Below are positions 38,622 to 49,878 of a stretch of 64,000 nt of DNA, piece by piece; the first letter of the stretch is position 1, and each line of letters starts with the position of its first letter. A model generated the notes under the pieces. The model saw nothing but the letters and a program-made list of their open reading frames with translations, had not been told where the DNA came from and did no database searches. Source of the stretch: Mobula hypostoma (taxonomy: Eukaryota); NCBI RefSeq assembly GCF_963921235.1, contig NC_086097.1:90212001-90276000 (forward strand), read 5' to 3'. Made by a program: the position numbers and the translations under genes.

Positions 38622-41600
38622 TGTAGCGATGTGCTACACACGGCGCTAGAATAACCACACGGAGTCGGTGAGTTAGAGTTGGGATGAAAGAGGTTTATTC
38701 AAACTTCGCGGCCTGCTTTAAAGCCTTCCCGTTCCCGCCCATTTGCTGCCGGCCCTCTACCTGCGCGCGCTGTTTCGTGAGCCGGTTCGTGGGTGCCAGA
38801 AAGTGGGTCGCCACATAACGCCCCCCCCAGAACCGGCGATACCTCCCCCAATGTCCACAGTCTGGATCGGCCTCTGTTTGGGAGGTCTGCCCCTGCGCCG
38901 CGGTGCCTGAGCCTGGACCGGTTGCGCCAAGTCCACATGGGCCGGTTTGAGTCGGTCCACCGTGAAAACCTCTTCTCTCCCCCCAATGTCCAGCACGAAC
39001 GTGGACCCGTTGTTCCTGATCACCTTAAACGGCCCCTCGTAGGGCCGCTGTAGCGGTGCCCGGTGTCCGCCCCGTCGTACAAAAAGAAACTTACAGTTCT
39101 GCAGGTCTTTGGGTACGCAGGTCGGGCTCTGTCTGTGCTGTGAAGTGGGTATGGGGGCCAGGTTACCGAGCCTCTCCCGTAGTCTGTCCAGGACTGCTGT
39201 GGGTTCTTCCTCTTGCCCCCTTGGGGCTGGTATGAACTCTCTTGGGACGACCAGGGGCGCGCTGTACACCAACTCGGCCGACGAGGTGTGTAGATCCTCT
39301 TTGGGCGCCGTGCGGATTCCGAGCAGGACCCAGGGAAGTTCGTCCACCCAGTTAGGCCCCTCCAGGCGGGCCATGAGAGCCGATTTCAGGTGACGGTGGA
39401 AGCGCTCCACTAGTCCGTTCGACTGTGGGTGGTAGGTAGTTGTGTGGTGTAGTTGTGTTCCTAAAAGTCTGGCCATAGCCGACCACAGGCTGGAGGTGAA
39501 CTGGGCGCCCCTGTCGGAGGTAATGTGGGCCGATACCCCGAAGCGGGTTACCAAGGTTGCGATCAGTGCTCGGGTGCAGGATTCGGAGGTGGTGTCGCTG
39601 AGCGGGACTGCCTCTGGCCATCTGGTGAACCGGTCTATCATAGTTAGGAGGTACCGCGCTCCTCGTGACACTGGCAGGGGCCCCACGATATCCACATGGA
39701 TGTGGTCGAACCTCCGGCGGGTGGGATTGAACCGCTGCGGTGGAGCCTTGGTGTGCCGCTGCACCTTGGCCGTTTGGCACTGCATACACGTTTTGGCCCA
39801 TTCACTGACCTGTTTACGAAGTCCATGCCACACGAACCTGTTGGAGACCAGCCGGACAGTTGTCCTGATGGAGGGGTGCGCTAAGTTGTGAATGGATTCG
39901 AACACCCGCCGGCGCCAGGCTGCTGGGACGACGGGGCGGGGTTGGCCGGTAGCTATGTCACATAGTAGGGTCCTCTCACCTGGGCCTACGGGGAGGTCTT
40001 GAAGCTGTAAACCGGAGACTGCAGTCCTGTAACTGGGGATCTCAGCGTCTGCCTGCTGTGCCTCTGCCAGCGCTGCATAGTCCACCCCCTGGGACAGGGC
40101 CTGTATGGTAGGTCTGGAAAGTGCGTCTGCCACGACATTGTTCTTTCCAGAGACATGCTGGATGTCCGTCGTGTACTCGGAGATGTAGGACAGATGTCGC
40201 TGCTGGCGGGACGACCAGGGGTCGGACACCTTAGTGAACGCAAAGGTAAGCGGTTTGTGGTCTGTGAACGCGGTGAAGGGCCTACCTTCTAAGAAGTACC
40301 TGAAATGCCGGATTGCCAGGTATAGTGCCAATAGCTCCCGGTCGAAAGCACTGTATTTGAGTTCCGGTGGTCGTAGGTGTTTGCTGAAGAACGCCAGGGG
40401 TTGGCAGCGACCCTTGATGAGTTGTTCCAGCACTCCACCGACTGCTGTGTTGGATGCGTCCACCGTGAGGGCAGTAGGAATGTCCGTTCTGGGGTACACT
40501 AGCATCGCGGCGTTTGCCAAGGCTTCTTTGGTTTTAACGAAAGCGGTTGCGGCCTCTTCGTTCCAGGTAATGTCCTTGCCCTTACCCGACATTAGAGTGA
40601 ACAAGGGGCGCATGGTTCGGGCTGCTGAGGGGAGGAAACGGTGGTAGAAATTCACCATACCCACGAATTCCTGCAGGCCTTTGATTGTGTTGGGTCGGGG
40701 GAAGTGGCGGACCGCGTCTACCTTGGAGGGCAGCGGGGTTGCCCCGTCTTTAGTAATCCTGTGGCCCAGGAAGTCGATGGTGTCGAGTCCGAACTGCCAT
40801 TTGGCTGGATTGATTGTAAAGCCGAATTCACTCAGGCGGGAGTAGAGCTGGCGGAGGTGGATGCTCCTGCCGACTACTGCTGGCTATGAGGATGTCGTCC
40901 AAATAGATGAATGCAAAGTCCAGGTCGCGTCCATTAGCCGCTGGAAAGTCTGTGCGGCGTTCTTTAGACCAAACGGCATTCGGAGGAATTCAAAAAGGCC
41001 GAACGGGATGATGAGTGCTGTTTTGGGGATGTCGTCCGGATGTACAGGGATTTGACGGTATCCCCGGACGAGGTCTACCTTGGAAAAGATCCTTGCGCCG
41101 TGTAGGTTTGCTGCGAAGTCTTGAATGTGCGGCACAGGGTAGCGTCTGGCGTTGTAGCCTCGTTCAGTCTGCGGTAGTCACCGCATGGTCTCCAGCCCCC
41201 CCGTTGCCTTGGGCACCATGTGAAGGGGGGAGGCCCATGGGCTGTCGGACCGTCGTATGATCCCTAATTCCTCCATCTTCTTGAACTCCTCCTTCGCCAG
41301 TCGGAGCTTGTCCGGGGGAAGCCTTCGAGCACGGGCGTGGAGGGGTGGTCTCTGGGTCGGGATGTGGTGCTGTACTCCGTGTCTGGGCATGGCTGCCGTG
41401 AACTGCGGTGTCAGTACTGATGGGAAATCCGCCAGGACCCTGGTGAATTCATCGTCGGACAGCGTGATGGAGTCCAGGTGTGGGGCTGGCAACTGTGCTT
41501 CACCCAGGGAGGACGTTTGAAAAGTCTTGGCGTGGACTAATCGCTTCCCTTGCAAGTCGACCAGCAGGCTGTGGGCTCGTAGAAAATCTGCCCCCAGCAG

Positions 41601-42889
41601 TGGTTGGGCCACGGCGGCCAGTGTGAAGTCCCACGTGAACCGGCTGGAGCTGAACTGTAGCCGCACCGTGCGGGTGCCGTAGGTTCGTATTGTGCTGCCA
41701 TTAGTGGCCCTCAGGGTGGGTCCCGGTTCTCAGTTGCGGGTGTCATAACTCGTTGGAGGTAAGACGCTGATCTCCGCTCCGGTATCGACCAAAAAGCGGC
41801 GTCCCGACTGCTTGTCCCAGACGTACAGGAGGCTGTCCTGATGGCCAGCCGCCGTAGCCATCAGCGGCGGCTGGCCCTGGCGTTTCCCGAGAATTTGCAG
41901 GGTGGTCTGCAGCGGCGGGCCTCCGTGCCCCACCGCTGGTGGTAGAAACACCATTGTTCGTTGGGCTCCTCACTCCCGTCGCCGGGTTTTGTAGGCTCTG
42001 CTGCCGGGCCCGGTCTGGTCTGTCGGGCACGCGGCTTGGTGATCTGTGCAACGGATGCCCCTCTCTCTTTCCTGGCATTCCACAGCACATCTGCTCGGGC
42101 CGCCACCTCTCGGGGGTTGCTGAAATCTGCGTCGGACAGCAGCAGGCATATGTCCTCGGGCAGTTGCTCTAGGAACGCCTGCTCAAACATGAGGCAGGGT
42201 TTGTGTCCTTCAGCCAGGGCCAGCATCTCGTTCATTAATGCTGACGGCGGCCTGTCTCCCAAACCATCCAGGTGCATTAAGCGGCGTGCTCGTTCGCGCC
42301 GTGAGAGTCCGAAAGTCCTTATGAGCAGGGCTTTGAATGCTGTGTATTTGCCGTCCTCCGGGGGCGACTGTATAAACTCCTCAACTTGTGCAGCAGTCTC
42401 CTGGTCGAGGGAGCTCAGCACGTAGTAGTAGCGAGTGGACTCCGAGGTCATCTGCCGAATGTGGAATTGTGCTTCTGCTTGTTCGAACCATAAATGGGTT
42501 CGCAGCGTCCACAAGCTTGGCAGTTTTAACGAAACTGGGTGAATAGATGCAGCGTCGGTCATCTCTGGTCCAAATATCGTTTGGGCCGTCGGAGTCACCA
42601 ATTGTAGCGATGTGCTACACACAGCGCTAGAATAACCACACGGAGTCGGTGAGTTAGAGTTGCGATGAAAGAGATTTATTCAAACTTCACGGCCCGCTTT
42701 AAAGCCTTCCCGTTCCCGCCCTCCCTGGGCGGGACTACTGTGGGGAATGCATATTCCCAGACCCTTTCTGCGCGTGGGATTTTCCCCCTGCTGGTGAAGA
42801 TGGCCTGGCGCCCTTTTTGCTGCCGGCCCTCTGCCTGCGCACGCTGTTTCGTGAGCCGGTTCGTGGGTGCCAGAAAGTGGGTCGCCACA
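38622..42889 (-). mobile_element. Gypsy LTR retrotransposon C (same family as A), nested antisense in element D
   Basis: LTRs 38622-38815 (internally deleted) and 42603-42889, TSD ATAC, PBS 42588-42600. Gag ORF 41861-42622, protease FLVDTGAE, broken RT, open RNaseH-IN ORF 38757-40664. Confidence 0.95.
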
Positions 42890-44061
42890 ATACCAAACAA
42901 GTTCTTTCCAACGCAACCCTACTGGGGCACCCACTCTCCAACACACCCATAGCCATTACCACTGATGCTTTAGTCTATACTGTGGGCGACATGCACAAAC
43001 ATTTGGTCGAAGGCATGTGGCAGCTGCTCACCTTCTTCAACCAGCAGCTCCATCTCCCCGAAAGGAAGTACAGTACATTTGACCGTGAGCTTCTCAGTCT
43101 CTATCTGGCTGACTGTCATTTTTATTTTCTTCTAGAGGGTCGCCATTTCACAGTGCTCGTTAACCACAAACCCTCGTGCACACAATGGCCAAAATATCAG
43201 ACCCTTGGTCCGTACGGCAGCATTGCCACCTGGCCTACATATCAGAGTTCATAACAGATATACAACATATCAAGGGGAAAATAATGCTGTGGCTGACTGT
43301 CTCTCACGGCCAGCCATTGAAGCTGTACACATAGGGGTTGACTCTGCCAGCATGGCACCGACCAAGCTACTGACCAAAAGGTCTAGTTGTACCGAACAGG
43401 AGTCACGGGCCTGCCGTTGGCTGACATTAAGTTTGCGGAAGCTGGGGCTCTCCTGTGCGATATCTCAACAGGTCACCCTCACCCCATTGTGCACCAAACT
43501 GCTGGCAGACTGTTTTTGACTTTGTACATATCCTCTGACATCCAGGCCGGAAGAGTTCACAGAAACTGTTTGTACTAAAGTTTGTGCGGAATGGCTTTAG
43601 AAAGGACGCACCTGATTGGACTGCAGCTTGTGAGCAGTGCTAGCGGGTGAAAATTAACCATCATATTCAAGCACCATTGGCAACCTTTGAGGTCACTGAG
43701 TGACGGATTGACCATGTCAATGTGAATCTTATTGGTCCCCTTGTTCCCCCCCCTTGCGGTTTAACGCACCTCCTTACCATCATGGACCATACCAAGTGGT
43801 CAGAGGTTGACCCTCTAGCATCGATAACGGATACAGATGTGACTTGGGTGTGCATCAGCACCTGGGTTGCTCAGCTTGGCACCCCATCTGATATTTTCTT
43901 TGACCGTGGTCCCCAATTCATTTCAGACACCCGCGCTGCAATGGCCCAAACCTTGGTGTTAGGAAACATCATACCATAGTGTATCACCCGCAGTCCAATG
44001 ACCTATGTGAGTGGCTTCACCGCTCCTTAAAAGCTGCTCTGAGGGGTTCTCTGACAGAAGG

Positions 44062-44300
44062 GATGCTACCCATGGTGGAGGAGTCTAGGACAAGAAGGCA
44101 CAGCCTCAGGATAGAGGGGTGCCCATTTAAAACAGATGCAGAGAAATTTCTTTAACCAGAGAGTGGTGAATTTGTAAAATTCATTACTACAGGCAGCTGT
44201 GAAGGCCAGATTGTTGGGTTTATTTAAGGCAGAGCTTGATAGGTTCTTGATTAGTCTCAACACCAAAGGTTACGAGGAGAAGGCTGGGGAGTAGGTCGAA
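44062..44300 (+). mobile_element. CR1 3' fragment inside the integrase region of element D
   Basis: GAGTCTAGGACAAGAAGGCACAGCCTCAGG...AATTTCTTTAACCAGAGAGTGGTGAAT, similar to 6600-6800. Confidence 0.75.
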
Positions 44301-45629
44301 GGACAGTGGGTTCCACGTTTTGGAATGGAGAGAAAAGACTTTTATCATAGATAAGAGGGGTAAACCTGAATGTATTTCAGCAGGCTACCTTAAACCGGCC
44401 CACCGAGATTCGGAGGATTCCGCTACCATACCCTGCCGTCATGACATGACCATGAGTGTGTCAACACACCTATGGATGAGCTAGGGGTCTCTGCTGTTCC
44501 TCCACCCATGGAACATACGACCCGAGCCGGGTGGCTCATCTAAGCTCTGGACAGGCTCACAATGCTAGTGTTAGTGAATTCTGGGGACTGTGTAGGGTAA
44601 TGTAATTGGTGAAATGTACATAATTCACAGCCACGAACATTGAGTGGGGTTTACTTTAAGAGGCTGGTCAGACATGATGACATAAATACATGAAGTACTT
44701 TTACCGTGCTTTGTGTTCAGTGTTTGGAGTACAATAAATAGCTGCTACAGTTCTTCTTAAACATAAAACCCCTCTGCCATTTTATATGTGAAAACCTACA
44801 ATACAATTAGTAATTGTCACCCGAAAGCTCTGCAAAATTTCTCTGATTCAAGTAATTATCCAATTCTTAAGTGAAATTTCTGATTGAATCATCTTCCTCT
44901 ACATTTTCAACATTAGTAAATGTCTTACAGGAGAGATTTGGGTGAAATAAAATATTGAAGTTCAAACAGCAGCTTGCATCTTGGGAAAAGCAACCAACAT
45001 ACACAAATTGTCCCAGCATGATTTACTGGCATTCTGATTTTACTTAGTATGATAATAAAAGAAACAATTCAGCTCATCAATTCTGTGCAGGCTCTCTAAA
45101 GGGCAATCCAATCGGTCCCACTCCCTGTTTCTTAAACGTGGGACCCTGAAGCTGCAGAGTTAATCAGTGTGCCATCTTTCTGTGCCCGGTTTGGACCACA
45201 GGTCAGTTCACCAATGGGGGATCTTGGATGCAGCCAACATGGTCAGCCAGGAATGGGTAAGACAGCCAGAACAATGATAGTTCTAGAACTTCAATGGCAT
45301 TTCAGACTGCACACGGCATCTGAAAGCAGTCATCCCCAGTCTGAATAAGGAGCAAACCCAAATGAGCTGGGCCCTTTCAGTAGTCGGGCCAGTGATCGAC
45401 TGGACAGTTCGGAAGGGGGTGCCATCGGGGAGAGGTCCTTGCAGGCATTAACATAGACACCACCCCAACCCCTTTCTGTACATTGATGAGAGGGCCTGTG
45501 GGTGCTCCTGGAAAGTTTCAGCAACCAGAAAATGAAGTCAAAGAATGTGATTAAGCTGCAATAGGACTGCAGGGAAAGAGCCAACAGGCACACTAAAGAA
45601 GCTGCATTTCTAAAGACTGTTCAAATTTC

Positions 45630-48133
45630 TGGAATAACCTCTCCTATATGCATCCAAAACTTACAGTTATGCGAGGAGCACTGCTTTCCCGCCAATACAA
45701 GTCACGTGCGCACACTTCACAGTCACACTCCTGCCAGTCTCGCATTGGTTTTGGCAACGTGTGGATATATGATCTTGCGCTCTTAAACTTTCATTGTTTT
45801 TACCTACAGTGCAGTGATTTTGTGCTTGAAATATTTAACTATGCCTCCTAAGCGTCCATATTTAACTATGCCTCCTAAGCGTCCAATGTCAAGTCCTGGG
45901 CCATCAGCCAAGCGGCAGAGAACTGCTTTAACACTTGAAAAAAAGTTGGAAATTATGTACAGGGCGGCATCAGGTGAAGGGTACACAGCTCTGGGATGCT
46001 ACCCTGTGCAGTTGTGGGCTATGATAGCTGAGTTAGGCATCACACCAAAGCAGGTGTTTAATGCAGACGAGACTGGGCTTTTTTGGAAGCGTATGCCAAA
46101 ACGCACTTACATAAGTAAGGATGAAAAAACTGCGTCAGGTTTCAAGGCAGCAAAGGATAGATTGACTTTGCTTATGTGTTCCAATGCCGAAGGAGACTGT
46201 AAGATGAAGCCTGTCTTAGTTTACCATTCACTAAAGCCCCGTGCTCTTAAGGGTTGAAGTAAGAAGCCTCTCAATGGAGCGTGGAAATCAATTTGGGCGG
46301 AGTGTGTGCACACCCTCAAGGGGTTTCCTGCCTTCGCTGCAGCTGTCCAGGATTGTGTGGCCCTGGGCTGTAAAATTGGTGGGGAAGGATTCTCAGATCT
46401 CGAGACTGCTGACGTAGTAGAACTCCTGGATTCTCATGATGAAGAATTAAGTGTGGATGACCTTCTGCTTTTAACTCAAACCGAAGGTGGTAACGATGAA
46501 AAAGAAAGTGTCGAGTTGCAGGTGAAGGATTTTATGGTGAAGCAACTGGCAGAATTTTTTTAAGGCTGCAGAACACTTGGCACAAATGGTAATGGACATG
46601 GACCCAGGTTTAGAACGGAGTCAGCGTTTCAGTCGTTCCCTGCAGTCATGCCTTCTTCCCTACAAGCAAAAACAAAATGCTGCCAAGCAAACAACCCTCA
46701 CCACTTTCTTCAAACTGATATCATCTCCTGCTGCCAGCAATTCTGAGAGTTCTGTGAGTCTTCCTTCACCCCTTGCTGTCCTTGATGATCCTGACAACAC
46801 ACAACCATCCACCTCATCCACGTAAAGCTGCCCAACACAACAACAACCACTCATCTCCCGGAACGACTGACCTGCCGCTGTTGGGGAGTACTGTGCACCC
46901 TAGTATGTTAACTTTCTATGATTTATTACATTGAATATTACCTTAAATTGATAAAATATAATACGAATGTTGCCTTGTGGTACTGCTTTTAGTCATAGTC
47001 ATAGTCATACTTTATTGATCCCGGAGGAAATTGGTTTTCGTTACAGTTGAACCATAAATAATAAATAGTAATAGAACCATAAATAGTTAAATAGTAATAT
47101 GTAGATTATGCCAGGAAATTATGAACTAAGTCCAGGACCAGCCTATTGGCTCAGGGTGTCTGACCCTCCAAGGGAGGAGTTGTAAAGTTTGATGGCCACA
47201 GGCAGGAATGACTTCCTATGACGCTCTGTGTTGCATCTCAGTGGAATGAGTCTCTGGCTGAATGTACTCCTGTGCCCACCAAGTACATTATGTAGTGGAT
47301 GGGAGACATTGACCAAAATGGCATGCAACTTAGACAGCATCCTCTTTTCAGACACCACCGTCAGAGAGTCCAGTTCAATCCACACAACATCACTGGCCTT
47401 ACGAATGAGTTTGTTGATTCTGTTGGTGTCTGCTACCCTCAGCCTGCTGCCCCAGCACACAACAGCAAACATGATAGCACTGGCCACCACAGACTTGTAG
47501 AACATCCTCAGCATCATCCGACAGATGTTAAAGGACCTCAGTCTCCTCAGGAAATAGAGATGGCTCTGTCCCTTCTTGTAGACAGCCTCAGTGTTCTATG
47601 ACCAGTCCAGTTTATTGTCAATGCGTATCCCCAGGTATTTGTAATCCTCCACCTTGTCCACACTGACCCTTGGATGGAAACAGGCGTCACCGGTACCTTA
47701 GCTCTCCTCAGGTCTACCACCAGCTCCTTAGTCTTTTTCACATTAAGCCGCAGATAATTCTGCTCATACCATGTGACAAAGTTTCCTACCGTAGCCCTGT
47801 ACTCAGCCTCATCTCCCTTGCTGATGCATCCAACTATGGCAGAGTCATCCGAAAACTTCTGAAGATGACAAGACTCTGTGCAGTAGTTGAAGTCCGATGT
47901 GTAAATGGTGAAGAGAAAGGGAGACAAGACAGTCCCCTGTGGAGCCCCAGTGCTGCTGATCACTCTGTCTGATCTTTGTTTCGTATTGGTATGAAACTAT
48001 GAATAAATTACAGATAAAACATACTTAGGAAGCCGTCCAGAACGCATCCCTATTTTCTCCATTTAAATAATTATTCACATTATGCATCGCCTTCGAGGAA
48101 CGTATCCCCCGCATATAACGAGGATAGGGTGTA
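45630..48133 (+). mobile_element. Tigger/pogo DNA transposon, internally deleted, interrupted by a LINE
   Basis: ORF 45814-46257 has KRQRTALTLEKKLEI (psq/CENP-B HTH) joined to VFNADETGLFWKRMP...GFKAAKDRLTLL (DDE). C-terminal remnants lie at 46306-46825. The putative right end is ...ATAACGAGGATAGGGTG followed by TA. No left TIR was found. Confidence 0.8.
46990..47970 (-). mobile_element. Rex1/Babar-like LINE, 5'-truncated, relatively young
   Basis: ORFs 47547-47963 (GAPQGTVLSPFLFTIYT...KFSDD...LNVKKTKELVVD) and 47143-47517, with a (TATGAC)n tail at 46990-47009. Confidence 0.9.
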
Positions 48134-48546
48134 CCTTGTTCTGTCGAATAGAGAAACTGCTTTGTATCTACCAGTAATTCTCTCCAGTGACTTCATTCAC
48201 GCAACAACAAAATGCTGTCATGCTGGAAGCACGAAGTAATGTTTATACAGTAATTGGTCTATTACAACCTCAGCATATTCCAAAGAGCTTTTACAGCCAA
48301 TAAAGTACTTTTCAAGTATAATCAATATGAAACACGATAAAGTTCCCATAAAAAACTTCCACATAGAATATACAGTACATGATAGTTAACTACTTCTGAT
48401 TCAGTGATAACTCAGCAGCTCTGTTTTGCATGATATTTTTTTTTAAATAAAATCCACAAACTGGCCCTTGATTTATGTACTTGTCCACAAAAAGGCATTC
48501 AGACAGATCAGCACTCTTTCAGTCCACCGCAACAGGGCCAGCTTAT

Positions 48547-49338
48547 CACAAACAAGAGAAAATCTGCAGATGCTGGAAATCCAAGCAACACATCCAAAAT
48601 GCTAGAGGAACTCAGCAGGCCAGGCAGCATCTATGGAGAAAGTACAGGTGACATTTCAGGCCAAGACCCTTCATCAGGGCTGTTAAAAAAAAGATGAGGA
48701 GTCAGAATAAGAAAGTGGGGGGGGGGAGGGGAGGAAGAGACACAAAGTGATAGGTGAAACTTGTAGGCTGGGAGACCACTTCACCAAGCACCTACCCTCC
48801 GCCCACCAGAAAATGTGGGATATTCCAGCAGCCGCTCATTTTAATTCCACTTCCCATTCCGACAAGTCAGTCCATGGCCTCCTCTACTGTCACGATGAGG
48901 CCACACTCAGGTTGGAGGAGCAACACCTTTAATTACATCTGGGTAGCCTCCAATCTGATGGAACCAACATCAATTTCTCAAACTTCCTGTGATGACTCTC
49001 CCCCCTTTTCTCCATTCCCCATTCCCATTTCCCTCTCACGTTATCTCCTACCTGCCCATCACCTCCCTCTGGTCCTTTTCTTTCTTCTATGGGCTTCTGC
49101 CCCCTCCTATCAGATTCCCCTTTCTCCGGCCCTTTATCTCTTTCACCAAATAAACTTCCCAGCTCCTCCCCCAGTTCCACCTATCGCCTTGTGTTTCTTC
49201 CTCCCCTCCCCATACTTTCTTACTCTGATTCATCTTTTTCTCGAGTCCTGATGAAGGGTGTCGGACCGAAACTTTGACTGTTTACTCTTTTCCATAGAGG
49301 CTGCCTGCTGAGGAGGCTCTCTAGCAGTTTGTGCGGGT
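48547..49338 (+). mobile_element. PLE fragment with inverted 5' tail (reverse tail, GIY-YIG fragment, forward tail)
   Basis: 48547-48760 is the approximate reverse complement of 49175-49338 plus terminal sequence. ORF 48747-48932 reads IGETCRLGDHFTKH...RLEEQHL. Hammerhead-like cores lie at 48645-48682 (-) and 49244-49279 (+). Confidence 0.8.
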
Positions 49339-49499
49339 CAGCCTACACATAGGATTCAAATCCTGGATTAGAAATTGGACATAGCACTCCCTAATCAGAA
49401 ACAATATGATTCACAGATGATAATCTTAAGTGTCCAGTATACTTGTTAGTATTTATAATGGAGATAATTTGATAAGAAGTAAAGAGAAACGCCACTGTG

Positions 49500-49820
49500 A
49501 CTACCGGCTCCCAGTTCAACGCGAAAACTACATAGACCAGACGACCCTGCCCCAATTACCCGCTTCCTGTCACAAGAACCAATCAACTGCTAGGAAGGTC
49601 ATAATTTCCAGAAGACGGAATCCGAAATTTAAAAGAATTAAATAAGTTATGAATGTGGTAAGATATATTTTCAGAAAAGATGAAGACTGGTAACAGACGT
49701 CGTTTTTAATAAAATGATAATCCTATGGTCGCTTTCAATTGGCGAGGTGCTGGCCGCGGGAACCAATGAGGAAAGAGGGTCGGGTTGGGTCGGGTCGCTG
49801 GCCGTTTGAATTCAAACCGC
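49500..49820 (+). promoter_or_regulatory. BUB1B: BUB1B promoter, G2/M type (CCAAT boxes, CHR, E2F-like site, CpG-rich)
   Basis: CCAAT at 49552, 49579 and 49763, ATTGG at 49738, CGCGAAAA at 49520-49527, TTTGAATTCAAA at 49805-49816. CpG-rich non-repeat sequence 4 kb upstream of the first coding exon. Confidence 0.75.
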
Positions 49821-49878
49821 GGCAGGAGTTTGACGAGGACGGTGCGTGAGCTGAGCTCAGGGACCCTCTGCGATCGGG
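49820..49878 (+). other. BUB1B: Probable non-coding exon 1 of BUB1B (start approximate)
   Basis: Lies just after the CHR and ends at donor GGG|GTAGGT (49879). Exon 2 has a splice acceptor upstream of its ATG, so an upstream exon is required. Confidence 0.5.

Larger units (their letters stand above)
35854..44800 (+). mobile_element. Old Gypsy LTR retrotransposon D, decayed, RT core deleted, host of nested insertions
   Basis: 5' LTR 35854-37358 (split by a CR1), 3' LTR 44591-44800, flanks GTAC/ATAC, degenerate Trp PBS. Gag remnant 37532-37891, LGMVNFYH at ~38470, RNase H 42890-43254 (KYSTFDRELL), IN 43722-43979. Confidence 0.8.
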
